IMG/VR virus record: IMGVR_UViG_3300049845_000291
Location: 88,209-152,208 of that record
Direction: 5' to 3' (one strand)
Origin: a virus
DNA: 64,000 nucleotides
In this document: piece after piece, positions 9,885 to 19,265 of the stretch
Layout: every line of letters begins with the position of its first letter
Position numbering within the stretch: position 1 is the stretch's first letter
Translations under genes and position numbers: made by a program
Notes under the pieces: generated by a model
What the model saw: the letters and a program-made list of their open reading frames with translations, nothing else
Databases searched by the model: none
Told to the model about the DNA's origin: nothing

Positions 9885-9949
9885 GTTCGGTCCCCGTCGT
9901 CATGCCGTATCTTACGCATCGACGACGAGAACTTACAGGAAACAGAGGA

Positions 9950-10495
9950 TCAGTACGAGATCAGCTGATCGTACGCGTCAGTCTTTCGGTCCTTGAACTG
10001 TAGGAAGAAGAACCGCAGGACGTCATGCATCACCTTCTGGACAGCTGGCGGCAGGCTCTTGTACTGCTCCAGGTTGTTCAGCGGCATGGCGTCGACGTTG
10101 AACACCGCGGCCACGAACTCGCGCTCGGCCACCGCTGTGATCCTGAGCTGGCCTTGCTTGAACAGCATCAGGAGCGTCGGCTCACGGTTCACGAGCACGC
10201 AGTACTCGACGAAGTCCATGCAGTCGTCGGCCTCAGTGATCGTGATCTTCGAGTTGACCTTGATCCCTTCAGTCCGACCAGAGACGTATCCCCAACCCAT
10301 GAACTTGACCGGTGTCTCCACCTTAGGGATGCGTTGCCACGGGACCAAGGAACGCAACGAGTACGCGTGCGCCTTGAGCAGGGTGATCGCGGCGGTGAGC
10401 TCGCCGTCCGACATAGTGGCCTTAGGCGGTGGCGGCTTCGGTGTCGCCGGCGTCGCCTCGTGTCGCCGGAACAGTGCCAGAAAGTTCTTGAGCAT
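9950..10495 (-). CDS. Hypothetical protein
   Basis: Starts MLKNFL immediately after the topoisomerase stop. Confidence 0.6.
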   Translation of the reverse strand: MLKNFLALFRRHEATPATPKPPPPKATMSDGELTAAITLLKAHAYSLRSLVPWQRIPKVETPVKFMGWGYVSGRTEGIKVNSKITITEADDCMDFVEYCVLVNREPTLLMLFKQGQLRITAVAEREFVAAVFNVDAMPLNNLEQYKSLPPAVQKVMHDVLRFFFLQFKDRKTDAYDQLISY

Positions 10496-10496
10496 G

Positions 10497-11840
10497 TTAG
10501 AACGGCAGCTTGAGCGCCTTGAGCTCACGTTTGAACATCTCGACCGCGCTGTCGTTCTGCAGGCCGGCCAGGTCTTGCTTCAGGTTCTCGACGTCCTGCT
10601 CGAGCTCCTTGATCTTGTCGTGTGTCAGGTTCCGCATCGGCATGGCCAGCAGCTCGTCGTGCCGTTCAAACCCCTCGTTCACCAACCGCGCGACCAGCTC
10701 CTTGTTCGGTGTGTCACGGAAGAACTTGTAGTTCGCCAGGTAGAACCGAATGAAGCGGATCTTGAGCGAGGCCCAGGCGATGTCAGCCGAGATCTTGCGT
10801 AGCAGCGCCTGCCGACGGTCCTCGTACCGAGCGGTACGCCACTCAGTCCAGTGCTTGAGCAGGTCCTCGACGCTCTCAAACCTGGTCAGGATCCCTTCGC
10901 CGTCCCACACCGTCAGGTTCTCGGTCGCGCGTGACACGAGCTTGAAGAGCTTCTTAAGCTCCTCATCGGTCTTCTGCAGCGTGCTGCGCGGCACGCGGAT
11001 CACGAACTCGAACCCGTTCTTGTCTGACAGGTTGTCGTAATCGGTGATGACGCCACGATCTTCGAGCTTGTCGAGATGTGCCTTGTACTGGTCGCTCTGC
11101 AAGCCAATCGGGAGCTCGGTCACCGTGATGGTGCAGGTCCGACCTTCCTTGACGGTGTACTTGCCTTCGATCACGACCTGACCAGTCTCGCGATCGCGAC
11201 TGATGGTCCCAGCAAACCCGCGCCACCATGGCGTCAGGGTGTGCGGCTTCAGCGCCCGCCCGTCAAGAACCTTGAGGATTGCGGCGCGCAGCTCCTCTGG
11301 GTTGTACGCCAGGATGTTGGTGCTGTGCCCGGTGCCCATGCCCTCGGCCCCGTTCACCAGGACCAGCGGGAGAATGGGACAGAAGAACCGTGGCTCGACG
11401 GCCATGCCGTTCGACATCACGTGCTCGAAGATCAGGTCATCGTCCTTGCGGATGAGCTGGCGAAACCATGGGGCGAGCTTGGTCTTGATGTACCGTGAAG
11501 CTGAGGCGCGCTTGTTCAGCCGATCACCGAACTGACCGAACTTCTCGAACAACGGGATGTTGTTGCTGCCAGCGAAGTCCTGCGCCAGACCAACGATCGT
11601 GCCCTCGAGCGACCCGACGCCATGGTGGTAATCGGTGGTGCTGGCCGCGGCGGCCGCGATGCGCTCGACAGTGTCCTTGTCGACGTTCTCACCGCGCTTC
11701 ATCATGCCCCAGACCGCCTTGCGGTGCGCCTGCTTCATGCCGTCCCCGATGAAGGGGATGCCACGCACGTTCGAGTGCGCGCTGTACAGGCGCAGCTTGT
11801 CGTCGATGAACTCCGACGCGGAGAGTACTTGATGGGTCAT
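10497..11840 (-). CDS. DNA topoisomerase II, DNA-breakage subunit (T4 gp52/GyrA-like)
   Basis: RGIPFIGDGMKQAHRK, YHHG, GQFG, ASRY (catalytic Tyr), LPLVLVNGAEGMGTG, ITELP. Confidence 0.93.
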   Translation of the reverse strand: MTHQVLSASEFIDDKLRLYSAHSNVRGIPFIGDGMKQAHRKAVWGMMKRGENVDKDTVERIAAAAASTTDYHHGVGSLEGTIVGLAQDFAGSNNIPLFEKFGQFGDRLNKRASASRYIKTKLAPWFRQLIRKDDDLIFEHVMSNGMAVEPRFFCPILPLVLVNGAEGMGTGHSTNILAYNPEELRAAILKVLDGRALKPHTLTPWWRGFAGTISRDRETGQVVIEGKYTVKEGRTCTITVTELPIGLQSDQYKAHLDKLEDRGVITDYDNLSDKNGFEFVIRVPRSTLQKTDEELKKLFKLVSRATENLTVWDGEGILTRFESVEDLLKHWTEWRTARYEDRRQALLRKISADIAWASLKIRFIRFYLANYKFFRDTPNKELVARLVNEGFERHDELLAMPMRNLTHDKIKELEQDVENLKQDLAGLQNDSAVEMFKRELKALKLPF

Positions 11841-11851
11841 AGTTGATTGTA

Positions 11852-12115
11852 TCATCGCATCGTTGTAGGGGTCAGCACGCACGGCACGATCTCGAGAACC
11901 GGAGAGACCTGGCTGTTCGAGCGCTCAACGCGACGACCAAGGTTCCACCAGATCGGAGTACGCCGAAGCAAGTCATTCATGCGGTCAAGTGCCTCTTGCG
12001 CCTGGATGCTTGTATGGAAGATGTGTGCGGTGTCAAAGGTCCCTAGTGCCACCCACCGAGTGGACTCAAGCCAGCTACCGCTGACCGCGTCTCGAATGGC
12101 GTACATGTGTCTCAT
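11852..12115 (-). CDS. Hypothetical protein (start uncertain)
   Basis: ORF between the two topoisomerase subunit genes. Confidence 0.45.
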   Translation of the reverse strand: MRHMYAIRDAVSGSWLESTRWVALGTFDTAHIFHTSIQAQEALDRMNDLLRRTPIWWNLGRRVERSNSQVSPVLEIVPCVLTPTTMR

Positions 12116-12194
12116 ACCGTTCCTCGGTACTGGCCGCAGGCCGCACAGAACCTGAGCTCCTTCATGTTCAGCTCTGACGGCAGCGGAAAGATCA

Positions 12195-12563
12195 TCACTT
12201 CGACTCCTTCTTGGCCTTGACCTTCTTTTCGCGTTCGTTGAAGAACTGAGAGCACAGATCATCGGTCAAGGAGTTCATGTGTGAGATCAGCGACAGCACG
12301 TCGCGGATCTCACCAGCGATGAAGAACTCCTTGACCTTCATGGAGCTCGTCTGCAGCAGCCTGATGGTGGCGCCGCGACGCTCACCAAGCGAAACGCGTC
12401 GGCCAGTCGTGACGTTGATCGAGTACAGGTACTCAGTTGACGAGAGCTTTGGATAGACCTTGAAGCTCTCATCACCAGCCACGACGTGCGTGCCGTCATC
12501 GCTTAGCGAGTACTCCTTGAGCACCCGACCGTTTGGTGCGCGAACGGTGCCGGCTCGCATCAC
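12195..12563 (-). CDS. Hypothetical protein
   Basis: Overlaps the stop of the topoisomerase large subunit. Confidence 0.6.
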   Translation of the reverse strand: MMRAGTVRAPNGRVLKEYSLSDDGTHVVAGDESFKVYPKLSSTEYLYSINVTTGRRVSLGERRGATIRLLQTSSMKVKEFFIAGEIRDVLSLISHMNSLTDDLCSQFFNEREKKVKAKKESK

Positions 12564-14449
12564 TCCTCCACGTGGAAGTACCGGATGTTTTCCAGCCAGA
12601 CCTTGCGCTCGTCTTGGAAGGTGTTGCCGAACACGAGCTCGAACTTCTCGAGGTCAGCGGCCTCGAGCTCCGTGACGCGGACCAGGTACCTCTCGCGATT
12701 CTCAAGGAAGCGCTCGAAGATCTCGGTGTCGAAGCCGCCAAGACCCTTGTAGTACTCGGCCTTGTGCTTCGGCGCCTTGAGGGCCCAGGCCTTGTATTCG
12801 TCCTCGGTGAAGAACTCGTGGATCTCACCGCGGCCCGTTGTTGCGATGTACAGCGGGGTGTTCATGCGGTAGATCACGCCGAGCTTAAACAGCTCAGGCC
12901 AGTACTTGGCCCAGAACGACAGCAACAGCGATGAGATGTGGAAGCCATCGAGGTCCTGGTCACTTAGGATCACGAGCTTGCCGAACCGCAGCTGCGTGAC
13001 CGAGTGCACCGTTTCGCCGATCTGCAAACCAGTGACCGTGAGCATGTTCGCGATCTCGTTGTTCGCGATCACCTCCTTGATCTCGGCATCGTACACATTC
13101 AGCGGCTTGCCTCGCAAGCTGAACGAGCCGATGTACTTGTTCTTGCCGCGTGCGGACTGGATGGAGTTCCGAGCTGAGTCACCCTCGGTGAAGTACAGCT
13201 CGCACAGGTGCCGATCGCGCTTCTCGACCGCGTCATCGAACTTGTCGACACGCTTTGGGTTCGTCTTGGCCGCTTCCTTGTTCAGCTTCCGCAGCTCAGC
13301 CAGCTCAGCCGCCTTCTGCTTGGCCTCCACCCAGTCCAGCACCGCTTGGATGATCGGGGACTTGATCAACTTCTTGACCATAGCCTCGGGCACGGACCAC
13401 GTGGTCTTGTACGTGCCAGGCTGGCTGATCATGTTCTCCTTGGTCTGCGACGAGAACTTCGGGCGGTTGATGTTCGCGCTGATGTACACGCGGATGTGAT
13501 TCCGAATGTCAGCAGGCTTGACCTCGACCTTATGCTTTTTCTTGATGTACTCGCGCACCGCTTCCGTGATCTGGTCGGTGACGTACCAGACATGCGTGCC
13601 ACCTTGGTAGGTCTCGACGGAGTTCACGAAGCTGACCTGCTCGAAGCCGTCGCTGTGTGACACGCCGACCTTCCAGTCCTCGGTGTCATCGTACACGTAC
13701 TCGTCGGTGTACAGCGCGATGTAGTCCCCGAAGTCGCGAATCAGGATGCGCTCGCCGTTCACGTAGAACTTGACCTTTGGATTGCACGCCGCGGCGTCGG
13801 CAATCTTCTTGGTCATCTTGAGCGCATGATCGGCGTCGAGCCCCTTGAGCTTGAAGAACGTGTAATCGGGCACGAACGAGATCTTCGTGCGGTTCTTCCC
13901 GTCAGGCTTGATCTTCGGCTCGGTGCGCTCGCGCATACCGTTGAAGAAATCCTGAGTGAGGACCTTCTTGCCGTCGCAGCTCTCGACGCGAAAGTGCGTG
14001 CTCAGGATGTTGGTGAGCGTGCTGCCGACACCGTTCGTGCCGATGAGCTGCTGGTCTTCGGCGTCGTTGAAGTTCGAGCCAGCCCGTAGGTTCGAGAACA
14101 CGGTCTCGGCGACGTACGTACCGGTCTGCGGGTGCTTCTCAACCGGGATACCGCGACCGTTGTCGGTCACACTGATCATGCCGCTCTGATCGAAGTCCAC
14201 GCGAATCGAATCGAGCACGGTTGGTGCGCGGCGATGCTCGTCAATCGCGTTGTCGAGAATCTCGCTGAAGATCTTGACGAGCGCCGGGATGTACGAGATC
14301 CGACGCTTAACCATCTTCTTCGCGGCTGGATCGTACACCCACTCCTCGGAGGTGCTGAGCTCGGTCGAGCCGGCGTACATGCCTGTGCGACGGCGTACGT
14401 GCTCAATCTCGTCGAGCACCTGATATGTTTGGGCGATGTGCTTGGTCAT
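12560..14449 (-). CDS. DNA topoisomerase II ATPase/TOPRIM subunit (T4 gp39+gp60 fused, GyrB-like)
   Basis: EHVRRRTGMYAGS, EILDNAIDE, DNGRGIP, GTNGVG, TEGDSA, LRGKPLN, DQDLDG, YYKGLG. Confidence 0.95.
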   Translation of the reverse strand: MTKHIAQTYQVLDEIEHVRRRTGMYAGSTELSTSEEWVYDPAAKKMVKRRISYIPALVKIFSEILDNAIDEHRRAPTVLDSIRVDFDQSGMISVTDNGRGIPVEKHPQTGTYVAETVFSNLRAGSNFNDAEDQQLIGTNGVGSTLTNILSTHFRVESCDGKKVLTQDFFNGMRERTEPKIKPDGKNRTKISFVPDYTFFKLKGLDADHALKMTKKIADAAACNPKVKFYVNGERILIRDFGDYIALYTDEYVYDDTEDWKVGVSHSDGFEQVSFVNSVETYQGGTHVWYVTDQITEAVREYIKKKHKVEVKPADIRNHIRVYISANINRPKFSSQTKENMISQPGTYKTTWSVPEAMVKKLIKSPIIQAVLDWVEAKQKAAELAELRKLNKEAAKTNPKRVDKFDDAVEKRDRHLCELYFTEGDSARNSIQSARGKNKYIGSFSLRGKPLNVYDAEIKEVIANNEIANMLTVTGLQIGETVHSVTQLRFGKLVILSDQDLDGFHISSLLLSFWAKYWPELFKLGVIYRMNTPLYIATTGRGEIHEFFTEDEYKAWALKAPKHKAEYYKGLGGFDTEIFERFLENRERYLVRVTELEAADLEKFELVFGNTFQDERKVWLENIRYFHVEE

Positions 14450-14455
14450 GAGGCT

Positions 14456-14461
14456 ATTATA
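14456..14461 (-). promoter_or_regulatory. -10 element TATAAT, 6 nt upstream of the topoisomerase ATG (leaderless)
   Basis: TATAAT-agcctc-ATG. Confidence 0.6.
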
Positions 14462-14464
14462 GCG

Positions 14465-14740
14465 TCAGCGCTCGAGCTCGCTTAGTTGCCTGATGTGCAC
14501 TCGGGAGGCCTTGGTGACCTCGAGCATCCGTTGAAACTCGAGGCCAACTGCCCGATAACCGACGTGAGAGTACGACTCGTACTCGTCAGGCACCGGTCCC
14601 GTGCGCCCCGCAAGTTCCCTGGTAAGAAATTGATCCGCGGCGGCCTTGTTCTCGAAGATGTAGTACCCATCAGGCCGCACGCCCCAACCACGCTCGTGCT
14701 CGGTGATCTCAAGCACGTACACCGACGAGGTCGGTGTCAT
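14465..14740 (-). CDS. Conserved phage hypothetical protein
   Basis: EHERGWGVRPDG...PDEY motif. Confidence 0.6.
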   Translation of the reverse strand: MTPTSSVYVLEITEHERGWGVRPDGYYIFENKAAADQFLTRELAGRTGPVPDEYESYSHVGYRAVGLEFQRMLEVTKASRVHIRQLSELER

Positions 14741-15177
14741 CAGAACCTCGCCTTGACGAGCGTGCTGGCCATGGCGCCGTCGTACTGGCCGCCGGCCCGT
14801 TCCTTGAGAAGCTTCATGATCTCACCGACGCTCTTGGCGCCGTTCTGCACGAGCTGGTCGATCAGCGCTCCCAGCGCCGCTTCATCGAGCTGCTGTGGGA
14901 GGTACCGCAGCAAGACGTGCTTCTCGTACTCGAGATCGAGCTCGCGGTCGTCGGCACGACCGGCTAGGACCTTCAGGGACTCGTCGATGTTCTTGACGGT
15001 TTTCTTGACGGCCGCCACGACCTCGGCATCAGTTGGCTCGTGTCCCGTGTTCTTGGCTTGGGTTTCGAGCTCACCGATCAAGGTTGTCAAGGTGGCGGCG
15101 GTCTTGTGCTGGCGGGCCTTCCTTGCGGTCAGCGCGTCAGCCTTGATGGTGCTCAGCAGGCTCATTGGCTCCTCCAT
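14740..15177 (-). CDS. GatB/YqeY-domain protein
   Basis: IKAD...ARKAR...LxxLIGE...DAEVV...E..VL..YLPQQL...GEIMKLLK...DG pattern. Confidence 0.85.
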   Translation of the reverse strand: MEEPMSLLSTIKADALTARKARQHKTAATLTTLIGELETQAKNTGHEPTDAEVVAAVKKTVKNIDESLKVLAGRADDRELDLEYEKHVLLRYLPQQLDEAALGALIDQLVQNGAKSVGEIMKLLKERAGGQYDGAMASTLVKARF

Positions 15178-15225
15178 TGGTGTCGTTGAACAATAACACC
15201 TGTGTGCACCATCTGGTGCCTGATC

Positions 15226-16044
15226 CTAGGACGATGTCACCAGGTCTTTGACACGACTCGGCGCCCACCACACGGTTCGACCGTGCCGGTCGGAGTACGA
15301 CTCCACCGGCTCGCCGTAGTGCCCACGCTGTTGGCCGTAGCACACGTTCCGGTACGAGGCGCCGTTGATCAACGGATGGCGGTCCTCGAGTGCCGAGTGG
15401 CTCAGGTCGTACAGCGCACACCAGATCTTGACGCGCTCGGTGCCAGTGATGCTTGTTGCGGCCCGGCGCGGATCGATCTGAGCCATGTACAGTCCATCGG
15501 CCCGCAGGTAGTTCCCACAGCCGGCGGCAATCCGCTGGTCGAGCAGCGCCTCGGCGATGGTCACGTTCTTGCCGAACCGGTTCAGCCGTTCCTCGAACTG
15601 CGGGATGCACAGCTGAAGCTGTTCTGCCGGGGTCATGATGTCCGGCCCGAGCTCGTTCAGCTTGCGCTTCGCCTCAGCGAGGGACACGACCTTGAACGTG
15701 CCAAAGTTCCGCGGGTCACAGAAGCACAGGAACTGCGGGCTGCCCTCGAGCTCGAGCTCGATCCGCAGGTGCTGCAGCGAGTTCGTGTGCTCCAGGTACC
15801 ACCAGCCCGTCATGCCGAGGGTGCTGAGCACCGCGAAGCGCTCGTTCCCCTTCATGAAGTACAGCACGATCAGCTTGCCCTTGACCTTGATGCGCTCCAG
15901 GAAAGCGCCCTCGATGTTCGAGATCTCGGGGATGGGGGCGCGCATGTACCGACCGCTCTTGATCGACACACGCTTCACAGTGCGGCCAATGACCGGTTGC
16001 ACGTGAGTTCGTGCCACGTGCAGCACCTCAGGTCCTTCGGGCAT
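15226..16044 (-). CDS. Fpg/Nei DNA glycosylase-AP lyase with zinc-less finger
   Basis: MPEGPEV N-terminus, KGK, LGMTG, DPRNFG, LGPD, H2TH LLDQRIAAGCGNYLR, GRTVWWAP without four Cys. Confidence 0.92.
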   Translation of the reverse strand: MPEGPEVLHVARTHVQPVIGRTVKRVSIKSGRYMRAPIPEISNIEGAFLERIKVKGKLIVLYFMKGNERFAVLSTLGMTGWWYLEHTNSLQHLRIELELEGSPQFLCFCDPRNFGTFKVVSLAEAKRKLNELGPDIMTPAEQLQLCIPQFEERLNRFGKNVTIAEALLDQRIAAGCGNYLRADGLYMAQIDPRRAATSITGTERVKIWCALYDLSHSALEDRHPLINGASYRNVCYGQQRGHYGEPVESYSDRHGRTVWWAPSRVKDLVTSS

Positions 16045-16082
16045 GGGATCTTCCAGGTTCTTGATGAGCTCGAGAAATTCGG

Positions 16083-16304
16083 TCATATGAGGTACCACAG
16101 GGTGTCGGCGGCCGCGACCAACAGGCCAAGAACTCCCAGGGTCAGCATCACGTTTCGGAGGAAATCTGAACTTTGGTCCCCGCCAAAGATGGTCTCGTGG
16201 CTTTTCACGTGTGTACGGTGCGCGAAGAACGCGATGCCAAAGCACATGAGCGGCCAGATCCAGGATGCCAGGACCTTGATGAGCTCGTGGTCGATGTCCA
16301 TCAC
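16083..16304 (-). CDS. Small membrane protein
   Basis: Two hydrophobic stretches; coupled ORF. Confidence 0.55.
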   Translation of the reverse strand: MMDIDHELIKVLASWIWPLMCFGIAFFAHRTHVKSHETIFGGDQSSDFLRNVMLTLGVLGLLVAAADTLWYLI

Positions 16305-16576
16305 GCTCGATGCTCCTTGAGGTAACGGTTCTTGGCAGGCACCAACGGCACGAAACCGGGCTTGATGGCCGGCAGATGCATCTTCAGCGCGAGCTGGTTG
16401 TCAGCGAAGTGCTCGTGCAGGAAGTGCACGAGCCGGTCCTTGGCCGCGAGCAACCGAACCGTGGTCAGATCGGACTTGGGGACCTTGAGGAAGATCTGCA
16501 CGTCGACGCCGTGCGGCTTGGCGCGCTTCGTGAAGGTCCCAACGTGCCCGTGAATGGAGATGTCGATGTAGCTCAT
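16301..16576 (-). CDS. Hypothetical protein
   Basis: ORF in operon context. Confidence 0.55.
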   Translation of the reverse strand: MSYIDISIHGHVGTFTKRAKPHGVDVQIFLKVPKSDLTTVRLLAAKDRLVHFLHEHFADNQLALKMHLPAIKPGFVPLVPAKNRYLKEHRA

Positions 16577-16595
16577 TGCTTGCAGCCAAAGCCCA

Positions 16596-16880
16596 TCAGA
16601 ACCCCAGGCGCTTCAGGTCGGCGTTCAGGTACCTGCCCATGACCTGCGAGCCGTCGAACGTGACGTACTCGACATCGTGCACATCACGGACGACCTGCGG
16701 GTTGGTCCACGCGGCACCGGCGTTGATCGCACGGACGAGACGCTCGGCCAGCAGTCGGCTCTTGCCGCAGCTCATGCCGAACCTGGTGCTCAGCTCCGGA
16801 CGCTCGTTGCATTTGGACTCGACGACGAAATGGCCGTCGTCGGCAGTCTTGATGAAGGCGGTGAGGGTCAGCGTGCTCAT
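16596..16880 (-). CDS. Hypothetical protein (probably leaderless)
   Basis: TGaTATGAT-gcaaggc-ATG; starts MSTLTL. Confidence 0.6.
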   Translation of the reverse strand: MSTLTLTAFIKTADDGHFVVESKCNERPELSTRFGMSCGKSRLLAERLVRAINAGAAWTNPQVVRDVHDVEYVTFDGSQVMGRYLNADLKRLGF

Positions 16881-16899
16881 GCCTTGCATCATATCATGA

Positions 16900-16930
16900 A
16901 CCTGTAACGACCGGTTTGGTCGTTACAGGT
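16900..16930. promoter_or_regulatory. Perfect 13-bp inverted repeat (operator or terminator) acctgtaacgacc-ggttt-ggtcgttacaggt
   Basis: Read directly; lies just after the stop of the sugar operon and just upstream of a promoter. Confidence 0.7.
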
Positions 16931-16931
16931 G

Positions 16932-18557
16932 TCACGTGGTGTACTGTGTGTCTGAGAACACCTCGTTCGGCGTCAAGCCCTGCAACAGGAGCTGACCAAT
17001 GGACAACCCGTGGTAGTGCGCCGCCACTGACTTCACTGGATCGTTCTTGATGTACTGCGCCAAGCCGATCCAGATCACCGCCAGCCAGAGGTAATGCACC
17101 TCGGTGAAGCGCTCCATGAGCAAAGCACAGCCGCCCAAATCCGGCTTGGGGATCTTGAACTTCATCCCCCAGCTCGCACCGTGAACGCCATTGTGGTCCA
17201 GATGGAACTCACGCGAGTAGTTGAACAGGTCGTACCCGCTGAGCGCGTACGCCAGCTTTGCGATGTCGTACTCTGGTACGCCGTACGTCTTGGTCTGACC
17301 AAAGTACCCGCGTGGATCGATCAGCGTGATCTCCAGCGTGTCGGGATCGATCATGCTGTTCGACATCTGCAGGTCACCATGGATCATGCTCATGGTGTTG
17401 ACGCCTTGGTAGTGCTTGGCGAGCTTCTCATACAGCCCGTTAATGATCTCCAGCGGAGACATGCGTAGGTACAGTCCATTGACGTTCTGAACCGGGCCGA
17501 AGGCATCGATGACGCCAGCAATCTCACGGTACCGATTCAGGAGCTTCTCATGCGCCTCGATCTTGACATCACGCTGCACGATCTCGGTGGTGAACTCTTC
17601 CTTGATGCTGTGCAGCCTATCTGCTTGGTCAAAAAGGCGGCGCAGCACGAGGCGTCTGTTCTCAGCATCAAGGGTCCCCCAGTGCTGCCAGACTGGGACA
17701 CCTTTGACCTTGCTCATCACGAACGAGTCGCGGTCCATCGACACCCAGACCTTTGGCCGGCGGACCAATGTCCGCCGACGGTCGAGTTCCTCGTACCACG
17801 CGATCTCTTTCTTGATGAGCTGCTCGCCTTGGGTGTTCAACGCGCGCTTGAGCACCAGGTCTCCATGGATCTCAACCGAGTTGAACGAACGAGCGGCGTC
17901 GGCCGTTGAGCGAACGCGCTCAAGCTTTGGCTTGTCACCCCAGTCAATGATCGACGGCATGGGGAGCTGGAACACACCGTCCTTGGAGTACTGTGTAAGC
18001 AGCTCGACAAAGTCTTGGCCCTTGGTGTACGGCTTCGGGTGGTACTCAGCCACCGCGTACACACCGAAAAGCCCGCCACGACCGTCCTCTCGCAGCACTG
18101 GGACCTTGTGCTTGACACCGGGTCGATCAGCAAGATCGTATCGGTTTGGGTGATCGTAGTTCGTGAACGCGACGGCCTCGTGCCCAACAAGATCCTCTGG
18201 GCGGAAGTGCTCACCAGGCAGCACATCACACCAGGTGAAGAGCACTGGACTGCCTTCAAGATGCTGGCATGAGCTGAAGATCGCGTGCGCCGAGCCATGC
18301 GCGCCATCGACTGTCACAACATGAAAGGGCAGCTCTGGTTGCGACGCCCCAAAGTACATGTTGTAGTACTCGCGGACCAGCGTCCGGTAGCTGGAGTGCA
18401 CGATCACCGTGATTGAACTGGCGTACTGCGTCCAGTACTCGATCTGCTTGACAAAGCCAGTTTCCTTCCCGATGTTCACGAAGAACTTTGGGATGTGGTT
18501 CGTGAGGGGAGCAAGGCGGCTTCCAAGCCCGCCGGCGACGATGACGACGTTCATCAT
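16932..18557 (-). CDS. Sugar-phosphate nucleotidyltransferase fused to an APH/choline-kinase-like phosphotransferase
   Basis: N-terminal VVIVAGGLGSRLxPLT..IPK, TWCD, DWGD; C-terminal IHGDLxxSNxM..LIDPRG..YDIAKL. Confidence 0.88.
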   Translation of the reverse strand: MMNVVIVAGGLGSRLAPLTNHIPKFFVNIGKETGFVKQIEYWTQYASSITVIVHSSYRTLVREYYNMYFGASQPELPFHVVTVDGAHGSAHAIFSSCQHLEGSPVLFTWCDVLPGEHFRPEDLVGHEAVAFTNYDHPNRYDLADRPGVKHKVPVLREDGRGGLFGVYAVAEYHPKPYTKGQDFVELLTQYSKDGVFQLPMPSIIDWGDKPKLERVRSTADAARSFNSVEIHGDLVLKRALNTQGEQLIKKEIAWYEELDRRRTLVRRPKVWVSMDRDSFVMSKVKGVPVWQHWGTLDAENRRLVLRRLFDQADRLHSIKEEFTTEIVQRDVKIEAHEKLLNRYREIAGVIDAFGPVQNVNGLYLRMSPLEIINGLYEKLAKHYQGVNTMSMIHGDLQMSNSMIDPDTLEITLIDPRGYFGQTKTYGVPEYDIAKLAYALSGYDLFNYSREFHLDHNGVHGASWGMKFKIPKPDLGGCALLMERFTEVHYLWLAVIWIGLAQYIKNDPVKSVAAHYHGLSIGQLLLQGLTPNEVFSDTQYTT

Positions 18558-19177
18558 GCCACCCCACTTTCGGCCTTGAGCATCGCCCCAAGGGCACCGT
18601 CAGGGTGCAGCTTGAGGAAGTCCATGCGCTGGAAGTTCAGCCCATGCGAAACTTGGACCGCAATGCAGTCCAAGATGCACAGCAACGCGGTGGTGCTGGT
18701 AGTGGGAGCCAGCCCGTGCTCATCGCCCTCGACGACCGCTCCGATGCACAGCTCGCGGTGCACATGCGGATTTCGAGGCTTTGTTGGCTTGCAGTGAATC
18801 AGGATCTGCTTGACGTTCGGTCGAATGACCGTCACGTGCTGGATCGTCTCTAGCATCTCTCGAGTTGTGCCAGAACGCGAGATGTGGATAATCAGATCCT
18901 CATGCCCGATATGACCGTAATCTCCGTGTCCGGTATGGGCGGTGTTTAGGTACAGAGACGGGATACCTAGGCTCGCCATGGTTTCGCTGATTTTGGCAGC
19001 GATGTTGGCGTTCTTGCCAACACCCGTGATGATCACACGAGCTCGATATTCTTTACGGGCCGTCTCGAGGACGTCTTGAACAATTGCTTCGTATTCTGCT
19101 GAAGCAACGACAGGCTTCAGCGCCAAGAGCGCTGAAGCCTGTCGTTCAATGTTTGTAAGAGCTAGACTGTTACCCAT
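18554..19177 (-). CDS. SIS-domain arabinose-5-phosphate isomerase (KpsF/GutQ/KdsD-like, no CBS domains)
   Basis: VIITGVGK..IAAK, HGDYG, ISRSGTTRE, LAPTTSTTA, D.IAV, F...HPDGALG. Confidence 0.88.
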   Translation of the reverse strand: MGNSLALTNIERQASALLALKPVVASAEYEAIVQDVLETARKEYRARVIITGVGKNANIAAKISETMASLGIPSLYLNTAHTGHGDYGHIGHEDLIIHISRSGTTREMLETIQHVTVIRPNVKQILIHCKPTKPRNPHVHRELCIGAVVEGDEHGLAPTTSTTALLCILDCIAVQVSHGLNFQRMDFLKLHPDGALGAMLKAESGVA

Positions 19178-19179
19178 GT

Positions 19180-19200
19180 TGCCTCCTAATCTAGGAGGCA
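19180..19200 (-). promoter_or_regulatory. Hairpin sequestering the Shine-Dalgarno of the isomerase gene
   Basis: Minus strand reads TGCCTCCTA-gat-TAGGAGGCA-acATG. Confidence 0.7.
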
Positions 19201-19211
19201 ATTGTAACCGA
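19201..19211 (-). promoter_or_regulatory. Promoter core TCGGTTACAAT
   Basis: -10-like TACAAT; TTGATA 16 nt upstream; identical 11-mer at 39451-39461. Confidence 0.6.
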
Positions 19212-19265
19212 GACTAGCTCTCTATCAACTCAATTCTCGGATCAAGAAGTGCGAGGACTGGCGCT

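Noticed and set aside
11852-12563. Split topoisomerase needing a T4 gene-60-type ribosomal bypass
   Set aside because: The ATPase and TOPRIM motifs are in one continuous ORF, and the gp52-like subunit is a normal separate gene.
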